Positions 9,901 to 19,936 of a stretch of DNA of 64,000 nucleotides are shown here, piece by piece. How positions within the stretch are numbered: the stretch's first letter is position 1; each line of letters begins with the position of its first letter. The notes below the pieces were generated by a model. It was given only the letters and a program-made list of their open reading frames with translations, had not been told where the DNA came from and searched no databases. Source of the stretch: an uncultured Methanosarcinales archaeon (GTDB taxonomy: Archaea > Nanobdellota > Nanobdellia > Woesearchaeales > GW2011-AR9). The translations under genes were made by a program, and so were the position numbers. The DNA lies in the NCBI GenBank assembly GCA_964344235.1, contig CAYFMJ010000002.1, positions 96,001 through 160,000 on the forward strand, read 5' to 3'.

Positions 9901-10695
9901 ATGCTGTTTAATGGAAAAACGTATGAAATTTGTGACGGGCCGATTACAAAAGATATAGATGCTCAAGTCCGAGTTTGTCGGGACGGAATACTCATTAATG
10001 AATTGTTACTTGGGGTACCTGAAGCGTTTGATGGAACTATTACGGGGCTTTATACACAGACTTCTCCTGGTGAGAAAGTTGTTATCTTTCAGCATGTAAT
10101 TGATATTGGGGGGGGTTACCAGTTCAGTAATTGGGAATTGTTAACTGAGAACTTGGCAAACGATAGGCGGCCATTATTGGTTTGGTCCGAGAAAATAGTT
10201 GAATTGTTTGGTGGGGACGGTATTAGTTTATTACCTTTCGGCCTTAATGAGTATCCCTTTGGCTCTTCTCATTTTATTGGGTTGAATGAAACAGCGCAGG
10301 GGTTCCAGAGCGGTTTCGTAACGGTGGGTTCAGAGATTGTGTATTTTGAGCAAGAGTTAACTTCAGATTTAGAGGAAGACATTTTGTTAAATGTTGAAGT
10401 GTTAGAGGAGAAGATTATTGGTGATGGCTTGGCGCTCCCGAACGATTTCTCTCAGGTGAAGTTTGTCACGGAAGTTGGCGGGGAAGTCTATACCTATTGG
10501 TTATGGGGAGTGTACAGCGGCGCGATTGAAGATGAGAATGCTGTTATATTGTTTGGTATTAAAGATGGCAATTTTGAAGATGTCTTTTATGGCTCTACAT
10601 TGCAATTGGTGCCGAAAGAGGTTCTGTTACCAAATGGAGTAGTTATTGTAGTAGATTTCTCTAACTGGGAGAATAAAATGATGACAATCAAATAG
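6997..10695 (+). CDS. Very large acidic surface protein (~1230 aa) with an N-terminal TM anchor and a Cys-rich region
   Basis: Likely start is the ATG at 6997 (MRKSKKRQ) after AGGTG, because the track start overlaps tRNA-Ser. TM followed by VAGQA; Cys/Trp repeats; D/E-rich beta sequence. Confidence 0.8.
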   Translation: MRKSKKRQEKLPVVARRTPFPLYGQKFGIIAALVVVVVGFLVLMNFSGDNVAGQATFTDWTAYEAAYWEQAPVDGCINEGCPDDPDETFKAVSTDLFDENGDFDKKFEGFCPPSVVGEVCYYNKGANAEKDGQCYFSNSLTPFKPSSGSTKRDNSLCFENDLYKCQSGNRGVFEDNPKFACLYEGELNRWAPCLDDAYVHPSTLGKFYCDGEETWHECEGTGGIVDDQLCYLSHWEVCEEEEVLSGGTQAGFFCDGVDWHVCDSSTEDPFCVLEFTAWSYEYPGSNLVADILLESGIDDHGNEISDAIDISNNVAYTGIYSVTNVYQKDYSQSFFKYTHEDGQLRNYVISFEDSGDSLTVTVKSFQDTIVEQFTLEFESDSVLSFPPEQRALDLDNDGETEAYLNIIASHPYFGGGALFVVSPVINFPAFMDTDENILTVLTSGNPQQFVIDGEVHTFQLFWEGDDNYVFVVDEQQFAFNDQDNEPELFLDAQGTQKLGFNLFPSGDFFAVMSFTSNVEDISILKLKEKSVDLSEVYEEEFAKNKILELINVEGEADFSNTVAICKEDPPVLEFVTVCSKENEQIDLQHKQVVDLSAPNAFGVNWPVVLWYESPGQTGEKEVSAYHLIDVDPISGLQIKESAQTFATNLVQGRSLALESDGTIYRLSHPTQPFLDLLQLELTDLSNDGTPTYVSEGDQSEVVFNLPLGKQIRIRAVLIPETNEFTYEISSQTLLTETVDLNVALETAVSTYGYVSITDPDLGLITIDPGDNELFGNVMKVQFDGKTELLNFGEEKILPEGELQNAALFYYGSNANAGTPNAFNKYASIHLYTDLTLFDHVHDFTPEDFILPLVKGNRIAFGFEEEVYLLGYSELWDGTSQFFAEKLQLTTLDGENTFIPQQTAEGYTFDMGLSRIDFSISSNINTVDTIEFEGVTSADVEQELILQQTEIIEFVPEDNFSFVLTENNKMLFNGKTYEICDGPITKDIDAQVRVCRDGILINELLLGVPEAFDGTITGLYTQTSPGEKVVIFQHVIDIGGGYQFSNWELLTENLANDRRPLLVWSEKIVELFGGDGISLLPFGLNEYPFGSSHFIGLNETAQGFQSGFVTVGSEIVYFEQELTSDLEEDILLNVEVLEEKIIGDGLALPNDFSQVKFVTEVGGEVYTYWLWGVYSGAIEDENAVILFGIKDGNFEDVFYGSTLQLVPKEVLLPNGVVIVVDFSNWENKMMTIK

Positions 10696-10696
10696 A

Positions 10697-12001
10697 ATGG
10701 TAAAGAATAACAAAAAGACGAAAGACATGTGGGTGAAGATAGCGATTGCTTCGCTACTCGTTGTTATTCTGATACTCATTAGTTTAGTGTTGCGAACACC
10801 GTCTGTAGGGCAAGCTATACAGATTGATGTGCCTCTTGAAGGGCCGATAGATTTAGATATGGAACAAGAGTTTTTATTGAATATTGAAGAAATTGGTTCT
10901 GTGGATTTTTTAATTACCCTGTCAGGTGAAACTGAGCCTCTTTTTGTTGAACTCTCAACGTGGTTTACAACAGATCAGAAAGATCAAGTGAAATATGTTC
11001 TTAATCAAGCGGAAACTCCTGGACAGTTCACTGGCCTCTTAAGTTCTGTTTTCTCCGAGTCTGGTGATATCTTTTTGAATGAGGATACTGTTCCTGACTT
11101 ACGTGCTAGTTTAGTTGAAGGCTATCTTCATGTGTTGAATCTTAATTACATCACACCAGCAGTTGCAAATATTACATTATTAACGGAAGGGTCGGAGGTT
11201 GTTGATTCGAATATTTTGTATGTGGTGAAAGATGAACCTGTTGTATACTTATTTGATGTTGCTAGTACGAAAACGCCAGTGGTTACGGCCGTGTGGCAAG
11301 ATGGAGCTGAGTTAAGTGAAGAGGAGTTTTCTATTATTGAGGAAGATGAGACGTCTGTTCTGGCACAGTTATCATGGACGCCAACGGAAGAAAATGCTGC
11401 TCGGGTGTTAGTTGTTACAGCAACAGTTGATGATGAAATTGCTGTGAAGAAATTTATTTTTTCAACAGACAATGTTGTGTATGCGTTACTTGATGAACAA
11501 TTCCCCGAGGTGGTGATGAAAGCAGTTGATGAGGGTGTGTTCTCGGTGCAGTATACATTTAAGCCGACGGTGCAGTTGCAACCGTTTTCGTTGCCGTGTG
11601 GATTTGCCAGTATCGAAGAGCTACCTGCTGAAAGTGTTGCAGCGATTCTTTCGTATGATGAATCCTCTGTACAACAGTGGAAGAAAGATTTGCCTTCTGA
11701 CTTAGTTGCGTTAGGAAAGAATAAAGGATATTTATTACAGCTGAAAGAGGAAGAAGAAGTTTCATTTACCATTGGGTGTACGCTACCATTTGTACCTGAC
11801 TTCACTTCACTGCCAGAGTTAGATGACACGTGGAATTTAGTAGGTATTAGTGGCTTTGAATCTGTACTTGTTGAAGATTTAATAACCCCTGTTGGAAAAG
11901 ATGTTACAAAAGTGTATGAAATTACTATTGGTGGAGCGGTAACATCACAATCAGTTACAGAGCTAGAACCGATGAAAGCGTATTGGGTGAAAGTGGAATG
12001 A
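10697..12001 (+). CDS. Acidic surface protein with an N-terminal TM and a C-terminal WNLVG...AYWVKV domain
   Basis: TM followed by SVGQA; the C-terminal motif resembles archaeal cell-surface protein modules. Confidence 0.75.
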   Translation: MVKNNKKTKDMWVKIAIASLLVVILILISLVLRTPSVGQAIQIDVPLEGPIDLDMEQEFLLNIEEIGSVDFLITLSGETEPLFVELSTWFTTDQKDQVKYVLNQAETPGQFTGLLSSVFSESGDIFLNEDTVPDLRASLVEGYLHVLNLNYITPAVANITLLTEGSEVVDSNILYVVKDEPVVYLFDVASTKTPVVTAVWQDGAELSEEEFSIIEEDETSVLAQLSWTPTEENAARVLVVTATVDDEIAVKKFIFSTDNVVYALLDEQFPEVVMKAVDEGVFSVQYTFKPTVQLQPFSLPCGFASIEELPAESVAAILSYDESSVQQWKKDLPSDLVALGKNKGYLLQLKEEEEVSFTIGCTLPFVPDFTSLPELDDTWNLVGISGFESVLVEDLITPVGKDVTKVYEITIGGAVTSQSVTELEPMKAYWVKVE

Positions 12002-13089
12002 TGAAGAAACTATTACTACTTTTTGTACTCTTGTTGATCCCGTTAGCTGTTGCTGAAGAACCTCCTGCATTAGAAAACCACCAGTTCTATGGAAAAGTGT
12101 TTTGGGATGTAGGAGAAGATACGCCAGATGAAGTTGTTGTTGAAGTTGGGGTGAATGAGTATAGTTCTTCTATTACTGATGGAACGTGTGATGGGGATTT
12201 ATGTGATGGGTTGTACGGCTATACTGAATTGTTGTTAGTGCAGGGAGATAATGGAGATATAGTTACGTTCTTCGTTGATGGTATTGAAGTCGCTAAAGAG
12301 AATTATGTGGCGTGGGAATCTACCAATGTGCCGCTCGATATTACGACAGAACAAGTTGCACCGCAGGAATGTGTTGCTGATTACAGTGATTGTGATGCGT
12401 GGAGTTCATGTTCTGGGGGTGTGAAAACGAGAACGTGTAAGGATCTAAATTTATGTGATGTTGATCAATTAGAAGTTGAGGAAGAGAAGTCATGTAGTGT
12501 TTCCAGTGATGGTTCTGATGGTAGTGGCGATGTTGTGAAGAAAGAAGATGCGGAAGATGAAGAAGAAGTAGATGAAGGAAAAGTCTGCTTATATTCTTGG
12601 ACATGCGGTGGCTGGTCTGAGTGTGCTGAGGGAGGCATTCAATCGCGGAATTGTGTGCGGGACGATAGTTGTGATGAAGAGTTAGAGGATGGTGATGTTG
12701 ATTCGATTTTGAAACTGGATAAGCCGTCTGAAAAAAGGTTATGTGGGGAGGAAGGCGCTTTCATTCCCCCAACGAGTTCCTCCAGCAGTGAAGGGTTAGG
12801 GCTGCCTTCCGATAGTAGTTTGGGCCTGAGTGGTTCTAGTAGTAGTTCTACAGATGGTGTTTCTATTTGGGTATATGTTGGTGCAGGTATCTTTGTTGTA
12901 TTAGTTATTGGCATATTGTTGTTATTGCATCTGCGAAAGAAAAGTGGCTTAACAGAAGGGGTTAAAGCAGAGTTACGATCGATTTATTCTCAAGGAAGTC
13001 AGAGGGGAATGAGTAAACAGCAAGTTACGCAAAAACTAATCCAAAAAGGTTGGGATGAGAAAATGTTGAGGAAGTTTCTGAAGAAGTAG
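11998..13089 (+). CDS. Secreted, C-terminally anchored protein with TSP1-like Cys repeats
   Basis: Signal peptide, HQFYGKV domain, repeats CxxWSxCxxGxxxRxC, Ser-rich linker, TM and a short cytoplasmic G-W domain. Confidence 0.8.
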   Translation: MMKKLLLLFVLLLIPLAVAEEPPALENHQFYGKVFWDVGEDTPDEVVVEVGVNEYSSSITDGTCDGDLCDGLYGYTELLLVQGDNGDIVTFFVDGIEVAKENYVAWESTNVPLDITTEQVAPQECVADYSDCDAWSSCSGGVKTRTCKDLNLCDVDQLEVEEEKSCSVSSDGSDGSGDVVKKEDAEDEEEVDEGKVCLYSWTCGGWSECAEGGIQSRNCVRDDSCDEELEDGDVDSILKLDKPSEKRLCGEEGAFIPPTSSSSSEGLGLPSDSSLGLSGSSSSSTDGVSIWVYVGAGIFVVLVIGILLLLHLRKKSGLTEGVKAELRSIYSQGSQRGMSKQQVTQKLIQKGWDEKMLRKFLKK

Positions 13090-13132
13090 ACGGAAACTAT
13101 ATAAATGCTAACTGTTTCTTTTTTACCAAAAG

Positions 13133-15457
13133 ATGGTGGATAAACATAATATTTGGATGATTGTAGTAGTGTCCCTTGTCGTTCTGGGGCTTGGAACTTT
13201 ATTATTTTTTGTTAACAATGGAACTAGTGTTGGAGAAGCAGTAAGTTTAGGGGGGGTTGAACCTTTCGTTCACTTTGCATTTGATGAGCTACCTGTAGAT
13301 GGGAAAATTAATTCTGCTGGAGGAATTTTAGGGACGTCTGCACCGGTTTCAGTCAGCGGCATTCAAGTTGCGGAAGGTTATAGTGATGGAGCGTTTGCTT
13401 TTGATGTGGGAAGCGAGGTTATTTTAGATGCTCCGAACCTTGTTGGTTTTGAGAATTTCGATTCTTTCGCAATAGGAATGTGGGTTAATCCAAGTTCCTC
13501 TAATGAAGTTATGACGCTTATTGATGGAGAGAAAGATAACTCCGATGATTATGGTTTTACAATAATTTTAGATAACATGCAGCAAAATGTAACAAAAATC
13601 ACCTTCTTTGGGAAAGATTTTATCGCGGGAAATTCTTCTTATGACATTCCTAAAATCCCGGAAGGTTCCTGGAGTCATCTTACATTTAATTTTAACATAG
13701 CTGCTGCCCCAACTGTAACAACGTATCTTAACGGAGAGGAAGTTTTAGAGGTTCCTGGAAGGGATGTTTTCCACCACGACCTACCGTGGAGAGTTGGGAG
13801 TGCAGATGATGGTGCAATTGGGTTCCATTACAAAGGTCAAATTGATGAATTGGTTCTTTATGACCGCAATCTAACTTCCACAGATGTTTCTGATGTATTT
13901 AGTGCACAAGTTGATTCAACCGTTGACTCGGATGGAGATGGTACAACTGATTTGGAAGATAATTGTCCTTCTGAGTCTAATCCCTCTCAAGTTGATTTGG
14001 ATAATGATGGTTTAGGAGATACTTGTGATATTGATGATGATGGTGATGGCGTTTTAGACCTGTCTGACAATTGTCCTGCTAATAAGAATGCTGATCAAGC
14101 GGACTTTAATGAAGATGGTGAAGGAGATGTTTGTGAAACTCTTGGAAACGGTTTAGAATGTAATGCTGTTGAGGAAGAAGGTTCTGTTTTTGTTGGTTCA
14201 ACTGCAGGTAACACCGTCTGTAGTGCATGGGCACATGAGTATGGTAGCGAAGTTGGGACTTCTGTTTCTGGCCATGTGTGTGTTGGTCTTTATCGAGGAG
14301 TTGCTATCATGAAAGATACGAGTGGTAACTTTGAATTTGGTAGGTTCAATTTTTACAAACAATTGGGTTGGAGTAAGGCGTGGGATGATCATTGCCCAGA
14401 CTACATGGCTAACCCTGACGTTGCATGGACTCAGCCAAAAAGTTTATTGCTTCCTCCTACTTTATTAGAAGCGCAAAAATGTATAGACAATGCAGAAGTT
14501 CCATTTGAGACTTTGAAGACGAGTTGTCCTGCTTTAACGACATTAACGGGCCCTGATGCTGACGGCGATGGCGTTATTGATAGTGAGGATAATTGTCCTA
14601 CCTTACCGTTCGCAACTCAAGCTAACAAAGATGGTGATGCATTTGGAGACGCTTGTGACCCTTGTGCTGATAGTGCTGATAACGATAAAGACGGTGATGG
14701 TTGGTGTGAAGGAACTGAACATAACACTGCTTGGGCTGTTAACACTGCTTTAGGTAACGATATCAAAGGCGCTAATGATTTGTGTCCAGATGATGCGACT
14801 GACTCTTGCGAGAATCCTGGCGCGGACAGTGATTACGATTCAGATGGTGTACCTAACGAAGATGACCTCTGTAATGTGGTCCCATATGAAGGTGTTGAAA
14901 TAGATGCCGATGGTTGTACAGTAGATTATGAGGAATGTTATACTAGTAATGAATGTAGGGCTGGCGTTACTTGTGTTAACAACTTCTGTAATCCCGATGT
15001 TGGAGTAATATTGTGTGTTGACGGTTTCCTTGATGCGGGTGAGGATTGTGCAGGTTATAATCCAGGAGATGTGAATCTTGATGGACTCGTTGATAATGAA
15101 GATGTTAATTGTTACCAGGATGCTGCAGAGGGAGATGAAAGTTGTTTGAATGTTGCTTTTTCAATTGCAGATTTAGATTGTGACGGGACTCTTTCTGGAG
15201 AGAATAGTTTGGTTGAAACTTTGATAAGTGAAGGACAATATTCAGTAATCGATGATGTTAACCAAGATGGTATTGTTGATTCGTGTGTTCCTGAAGTTCC
15301 AACTGGCGATTTTACTGTTACTGTTAACAACGAACAACAACAAGCTCTTTTACAAAATATTCAAGCACAGTTATCAGGGGATAATGTTTTAGTTCAACTC
15401 TCAATCATTGCAAAAGAGTTGAAGTGCTACTTTGAGGATGGTTGTACTGTAAGTTAA
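13133..15457 (+). CDS. Adhesin-like protein: LamG/concanavalin A-like domain, thrombospondin type 3 repeats and a dockerin-like domain
   Basis: LamG motifs [13 protein letters not shown]..., YLNG and [13 protein letters not shown]; DSDGDGxxDxxDNCP repeats; [14 protein letters not shown]...ADLDCDG. Confidence 0.8.
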   Translation: MVDKHNIWMIVVVSLVVLGLGTLLFFVNNGTSVGEAVSLGGVEPFVHFAFDELPVDGKINSAGGILGTSAPVSVSGIQVAEGYSDGAFAFDVGSEVILDAPNLVGFENFDSFAIGMWVNPSSSNEVMTLIDGEKDNSDDYGFTIILDNMQQNVTKITFFGKDFIAGNSSYDIPKIPEGSWSHLTFNFNIAAAPTVTTYLNGEEVLEVPGRDVFHHDLPWRVGSADDGAIGFHYKGQIDELVLYDRNLTSTDVSDVFSAQVDSTVDSDGDGTTDLEDNCPSESNPSQVDLDNDGLGDTCDIDDDGDGVLDLSDNCPANKNADQADFNEDGEGDVCETLGNGLECNAVEEEGSVFVGSTAGNTVCSAWAHEYGSEVGTSVSGHVCVGLYRGVAIMKDTSGNFEFGRFNFYKQLGWSKAWDDHCPDYMANPDVAWTQPKSLLLPPTLLEAQKCIDNAEVPFETLKTSCPALTTLTGPDADGDGVIDSEDNCPTLPFATQANKDGDAFGDACDPCADSADNDKDGDGWCEGTEHNTAWAVNTALGNDIKGANDLCPDDATDSCENPGADSDYDSDGVPNEDDLCNVVPYEGVEIDADGCTVDYEECYTSNECRAGVTCVNNFCNPDVGVILCVDGFLDAGEDCAGYNPGDVNLDGLVDNEDVNCYQDAAEGDESCLNVAFSIADLDCDGTLSGENSLVETLISEGQYSVIDDVNQDGIVDSCVPEVPTGDFTVTVNNEQQQALLQNIQAQLSGDNVLVQLSIIAKELKCYFEDGCTVS

Positions 15458-15458
15458 G

Positions 15459-17273
15459 ATGACGCGGAGACGATACAAGAAACTTCCTCCACATACGTGG
15501 GAAGCGCATCCTCACACGGATCGGGGGGAAGTGAATAAACCGTTTGTAATTGGAATTATTGTAGTCGTTGCGTTGATTGCGTTAGCATTGTTGTTATTTT
15601 TTACCGACTCTTTTTCCAGCGTAGGAAAAGCATTTGATACCGGTGGTTTGGAGATTGATGAAGCAGGCGTCTCTGGTTTTCGAACGTATGCTCCCTCCGA
15701 GCAGGCTCATATCCCAATTGTGGTGAATATTGGGAATAAAGAATCCTTGGCGTTAGGGTTTGAGCTGCAGTATGATCCGGAGGTATTAACATATGTAGCA
15801 ATTAATTTCGAACCACTGCAAGATCTTTATCTTGGAGAAGAGAATGGGGAAACGTATCCTTTGAATGTTCAAGATTCTCTTCAGAGTAAGATTATTACTC
15901 CTGGGACTGTTCAGGCAAATTTTAGTTGGCTCTATGATAGTAGCGGTGGAGATAACTATTTGACTGGAGAAAGAGTTGTTGCGTATGCTATATTTAACGC
16001 CAAGAATGAAGGAGAAACGAGCGTAGGTTTTACTAATTTTGATGTTATTGATTTTGCTACCCAGGAACCAATTGCATTGTCATTGAGTTCAGGGACGGTT
16101 ACCGTTGAAGTTGAGGGGGAAGTCCTAGATACAGATGGTGACGGAATTCCTGATGCTGTTGACAATTGCCCGGAGGTAGTAGGTAGTCAGTCAGATCTTG
16201 ATGGTGATGGAATCGGAAATCCATGTGATCCAGATATTGACGGAGATGGATTTGATAATGATGTTGATAATTGTCCAGACTCCGCTATTGGAGTTGAAGT
16301 TGATGAATTTGGCTGTGGAGACCTTGGCTTGCTAGATTCAGATGATGATGGTCTTCCTGACTCTTTAGATAAATGTCCTAATGATCCTGACAATGATGCT
16401 GATTTTGATGGGTATTGTGTGGGGGATGGTCCTAATCCTGGGGTAAATGATAACGACAATTGTCCTTTAATTCCAAACGCCGGTCAGACTGATACAGACG
16501 GTGATGGAGTTGGAGATGCATGTGACGAAGATGCCGATGCTGACGCTGATGGAATACCGGAAGAAGGTTTTGGTCATTCTTGTTATGGTGCACCTTTTAA
16601 TATAGACGGAGCAACAGAGTGTAACGATAATTGTCCGCTTGTCGCAAATGCAGACCAGTTAGATGCAGACGGTGATGGTGTCGGTGATGCATGTGATAAT
16701 TGTCCGGGAACTATTAGTAATGATGTTACTGACAGCGATGGTGATGGATTTGGTGACGTGTGCCAAGATGACTTTGATGGTGATGGGGTTGCGAATACTG
16801 TTGATAATTGTCTGATGGTTGCAAATAATAATCAAGCGGATACAGATGGTGATGGTATCGGAGATGCATGTGATGATGTGGATGATACTGTTGGAGAACC
16901 AGAAATTGATGAAACCCCTGAAGGGGTGAGTGTACAGATGTTTGACCTAGCTGGAAACGAAGTGACAACCACGCAAGTGACGCCTGGAGTAACATATGTG
17001 ATTCAGATTACTGTGAATCCAACGGCTAATTTAGAGAACCATTTAGTGCTTGGAAAAGTCTCGTATGGTGGTGTTGTGGAGACCCAATTTTCTGAATCGA
17101 AAGATCCCGCGGATGCTGGCGTAGCGACGCTGAATTCATTTAGCCATGCGGTTCCACTTGATGCAACTGGGGAGATGAAAGTAGAAGCATTTGTTTGGAA
17201 TAGTTGGCTGTCTTCAGAAGTGAGTTGGAGTTCATTAGAAGATCCAGTAGAGGTTCTTTATAATGTTGAATAA
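15459..17273 (+). CDS. Adhesin-like protein: cohesin-like domain, TSP3 repeats and a C-terminal beta domain
   Basis: IPIVVNIG...[11 protein letters not shown]...[18 protein letters not shown] fits a cohesin fold; about 10 DxDxDGxGDACD repeats. Confidence 0.8.
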   Translation: MTRRRYKKLPPHTWEAHPHTDRGEVNKPFVIGIIVVVALIALALLLFFTDSFSSVGKAFDTGGLEIDEAGVSGFRTYAPSEQAHIPIVVNIGNKESLALGFELQYDPEVLTYVAINFEPLQDLYLGEENGETYPLNVQDSLQSKIITPGTVQANFSWLYDSSGGDNYLTGERVVAYAIFNAKNEGETSVGFTNFDVIDFATQEPIALSLSSGTVTVEVEGEVLDTDGDGIPDAVDNCPEVVGSQSDLDGDGIGNPCDPDIDGDGFDNDVDNCPDSAIGVEVDEFGCGDLGLLDSDDDGLPDSLDKCPNDPDNDADFDGYCVGDGPNPGVNDNDNCPLIPNAGQTDTDGDGVGDACDEDADADADGIPEEGFGHSCYGAPFNIDGATECNDNCPLVANADQLDADGDGVGDACDNCPGTISNDVTDSDGDGFGDVCQDDFDGDGVANTVDNCLMVANNNQADTDGDGIGDACDDVDDTVGEPEIDETPEGVSVQMFDLAGNEVTTTQVTPGVTYVIQITVNPTANLENHLVLGKVSYGGVVETQFSESKDPADAGVATLNSFSHAVPLDATGEMKVEAFVWNSWLSSEVSWSSLEDPVEVLYNVE

Positions 17274-18249
17274 GACTGTTGTTTTTCTTTTTCTTTTCGT
17301 TGTACTTAGTTCTACTGCTTTGGCAGAGATAAGTGTTGATGTTAGTGGTAATGATGTTACAATAACTGGTACGTGTGATGCGGTAAATTCTCCGGTTGCG
17401 TTACAGGCAGCAATTGGTGTGAATACAGTGTGGTTTGATCAAGTAGTTTCTGATGATACTGGCGTGTTTAATGCACTATTTACTGCACCACAGGATGGAA
17501 CGTATACATTACTTGCGGCATGTGAAAATGAGGTTGCTGAGCAAGTTGATTTTTGTGTTGGGGAGAGCTGTGTTGGCGTTGATGGTGATGACGACCCAAC
17601 CCCTGTTGATGGAGAGGTTTCTCCTGGCGGCGGTGGAAGTAATGGTGGCGGTTTTGCGTGTTTCCCTAAGTGGAACTGTGATGCGTGGTCGTACTGTGAT
17701 GTTAATTTAGAAGAGACCAGAACATGTTTTGATCAAACGAATTGTAAAGAACCTAAAGTTGAAACGAGAGGATGTGAACGATGTGATGAATCGTGGATCT
17801 GTTCAGAGTGGAGTGATTGTAGTAACGGCGTTCAAACAAGGACATGTGTGGATGAACACAGTTGTACAACGGTAGATTTTAAACCGGCGGAATCTCGTGG
17901 TTGTTCTGTGACGGCGCCTTCTTCTGACGTGACAGCACCGGCAAGTGGGTTTTCTAAAGTCGTTGCACAAATTCAGAAACCAATCTCAAATATTTGGAGT
18001 AACTATCAAAATTATGTTGTTTGGGGTGGCGCTTTGTTATTGTTTATCATAGTACTGATTGTTGTGATTGTGCATGTGACTCGAAAGAAGCATTACATGG
18101 CGTACAACTTTGATGAATTAAGAACGTGGATTCATAAGGAGGCGTCTATGGGAACGTCAAATGAAGACATTAAAGATATTCTTTCTGAACATACTGGGTG
18201 GACAGAAAAAGAGATTGAGAAAGCGTTTAGTGAGCTAAACGGAAATTAG
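17263..18249 (+). CDS. Secreted, C-terminally anchored protein with an Ig-like domain and TSP1-like Cys repeats
   Basis: Signal peptide, WNCDAWSYC and [16 protein letters not shown] repeats, TM and a cytoplasmic G-W domain. Confidence 0.8.
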   Translation: MLNKTVVFLFLFVVLSSTALAEISVDVSGNDVTITGTCDAVNSPVALQAAIGVNTVWFDQVVSDDTGVFNALFTAPQDGTYTLLAACENEVAEQVDFCVGESCVGVDGDDDPTPVDGEVSPGGGGSNGGGFACFPKWNCDAWSYCDVNLEETRTCFDQTNCKEPKVETRGCERCDESWICSEWSDCSNGVQTRTCVDEHSCTTVDFKPAESRGCSVTAPSSDVTAPASGFSKVVAQIQKPISNIWSNYQNYVVWGGALLLFIIVLIVVIVHVTRKKHYMAYNFDELRTWIHKEASMGTSNEDIKDILSEHTGWTEKEIEKAFSELNGN

Positions 18250-18605
18250 TTTTTTCTTCCTTGTAGTGTTACTTTACTTGCGATGATTTCTTTTGAGCCC
18301 TTGTACTCTTCTACCATGCCCGATATTGTGACGATGTCTCCCGCACGAATGAACAGTGGTTCGTCTGTGAATACAATAACATCGGTGGTGATGGTTTTTT
18401 GACCAGTGATCTCAATAAATTGGGTATTGTTGGTGCTGTGAATTCTTTCTACAGTTCCCGTTATAGTTACGTCTTCTTGAGCGGGGATGTTTTCTATGGA
18501 ATCAACAGTATTGCTGGCAGAAAGATCTTCTGTGTATAGAAAAAGAAGAAATAAACCTATTAATGAGGTGATAACCGCTATTTTGAGAAGGGTTTGTTCT
18601 TGCAT
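18246..18605 (-). CDS. Membrane-anchored OB-fold protein
   Basis: N-terminal TM, then VTITGTVERI...GDIVTISGMVEEYKGSKEIIA, an OB-fold pattern. Confidence 0.7.
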   Translation of the reverse strand: MQEQTLLKIAVITSLIGLFLLFLYTEDLSASNTVDSIENIPAQEDVTITGTVERIHSTNNTQFIEITGQKTITTDVIVFTDEPLFIRAGDIVTISGMVEEYKGSKEIIASKVTLQGRKN

Positions 18606-18655
18606 AATGATTTGAGGACGTAAAATTTTATATAGTTTTAAGCGATACTAGTGAC

Positions 18656-18835
18656 ATGTCTCAGGAAAAGGTAATGGAATTACGTGCACAGTTATCTTCT
18701 TTGGAGCGTAGAATACGACCTTTGGAGTGGGATGCATCTCGGAAACAAATTAATGAGTTCCGAAAGCAGCAGTTAGAGCAACTAAAAGCGGAACATATAA
18801 ATTTGTCAGAAGAATTACGGAAGTTGTTAGAGTGA
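18656..18835 (+). CDS. Small hypothetical helical protein (59 aa)
   Basis: Below the track cutoff. Manual translation MSQEKVMELRAQLSSLERRIRPLEWDASRKQINEFRKQQLEQLKAEHINLSEELRKLLE; TATA-like TTTATATA upstream. Confidence 0.6.
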   Translation: MSQEKVMELRAQLSSLERRIRPLEWDASRKQINEFRKQQLEQLKAEHINLSEELRKLLE

Positions 18836-18858
18836 TTTAACATAAAAAAGAGGTTGTA

Positions 18859-19821
18859 ATGAGTTCAAAAAGAAAGTCTGTAGCATGGCGTAACACCGCT
18901 GTAGTGCTTGCTGTCGTGTTGGTTGGATTACTAGGTTTCTTGTATTTTGAAGATAATTCTGATGTGAGAGTTCCTATGGCTCCGCCAGTTGAAGATATAG
19001 ATAATTGTCCAAACCATGATAACCCTGGTCAACATGATTATGATGGTGATCGAGTGGGAGATATCTGTGATAATTGCCCGTTTGTGATTAATAACTTACA
19101 GCGAGATGCAGATTTTGATGGTGTTGGAGATGAATGCGATAATTGTAAATTTAGGGTGAATACGGATCAATCTGACGTTGATTTTGATGGTGTTGGAGAT
19201 GTCTGTGATATTGATTTTGAGATTGATGAACCCGAAGTTGATGAGGAGCCTGAAGAGGATGATAATGAGGAAGTTGATATTGAGGAAGAATTAGGAAAAA
19301 TGGATTTCGATGAGGATTCAATTATTAACAGTGAGGATAATTGTAAGTTCTTCCCGAACCTAGATCAAAGTGATGTCGATAATGATGGTCTGGGAGATCT
19401 TTGTGACTTAGATGTTGATGGGGATTTAATTTGTGATGCCTGTGTTACAATGAAACCGTTAGCGCAAACGATGACTTGTGATGAGGTTCATGAAACAGAG
19501 CAGTGCGAATATAGGGACATTAAGAGTTTCTTGTTCCCGGACAACTGTCCTGATGTGTTTAATCCAGACCAAATGAATGATGATGAAGATGAGTATGGGG
19601 CAGCATGTGATTTAGATAAGGATAATGACGGCATTTGTGACAGTTGTGTGAGTACAAAGATTGTTGGCCAGACGGAAGTATGTGATGAGGTTCATGTGTC
19701 TGAGCAATGTGTTTATAATTCTAAAGGAAGCACCAAATGGGATGATAATTGTGTTGGTGTGAAAAATCCTGGCCAGCTTGATTTTGATGAAGATGGTTTG
19801 GGCGATGCATGTGATGCCTGA
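18859..19821 (+). CDS. Membrane-anchored thrombospondin type 3 repeat protein
   Basis: N-terminal TM, many DxDxDGVGDxCD repeats and a duplicated ICDxCV...CDEVHxxEQC module. Confidence 0.8.
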   Translation: MSSKRKSVAWRNTAVVLAVVLVGLLGFLYFEDNSDVRVPMAPPVEDIDNCPNHDNPGQHDYDGDRVGDICDNCPFVINNLQRDADFDGVGDECDNCKFRVNTDQSDVDFDGVGDVCDIDFEIDEPEVDEEPEEDDNEEVDIEEELGKMDFDEDSIINSEDNCKFFPNLDQSDVDNDGLGDLCDLDVDGDLICDACVTMKPLAQTMTCDEVHETEQCEYRDIKSFLFPDNCPDVFNPDQMNDDEDEYGAACDLDKDNDGICDSCVSTKIVGQTEVCDEVHVSEQCVYNSKGSTKWDDNCVGVKNPGQLDFDEDGLGDACDA

Positions 19822-19936
19822 TTCTTGTTTTGAGGGGTAGTTTTATAAATAATCTGAGAAAATGGTAAAGAAATAGCTGAGATAACCCTATTTGGGCGTG
19901 AATCGTTAGGTTCTTGAGTCTCGGGAGACATCAAAA

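Noticed and set aside
11146-11829. 227-aa antisense ORF, and similar ones at 20826-21221, 21893-22276 and 59328-60131
   Set aside because: These are antisense shadows of well-supported genes with no motifs of their own.
13920-19821. GATGGTGATGG-type nucleotide repeats as a possible CRISPR array or DGR template
   Set aside because: They are degenerate in-frame TSP3 coding repeats. There are no fixed-length repeat-spacer units and no cas or reverse-transcriptase gene in the window.
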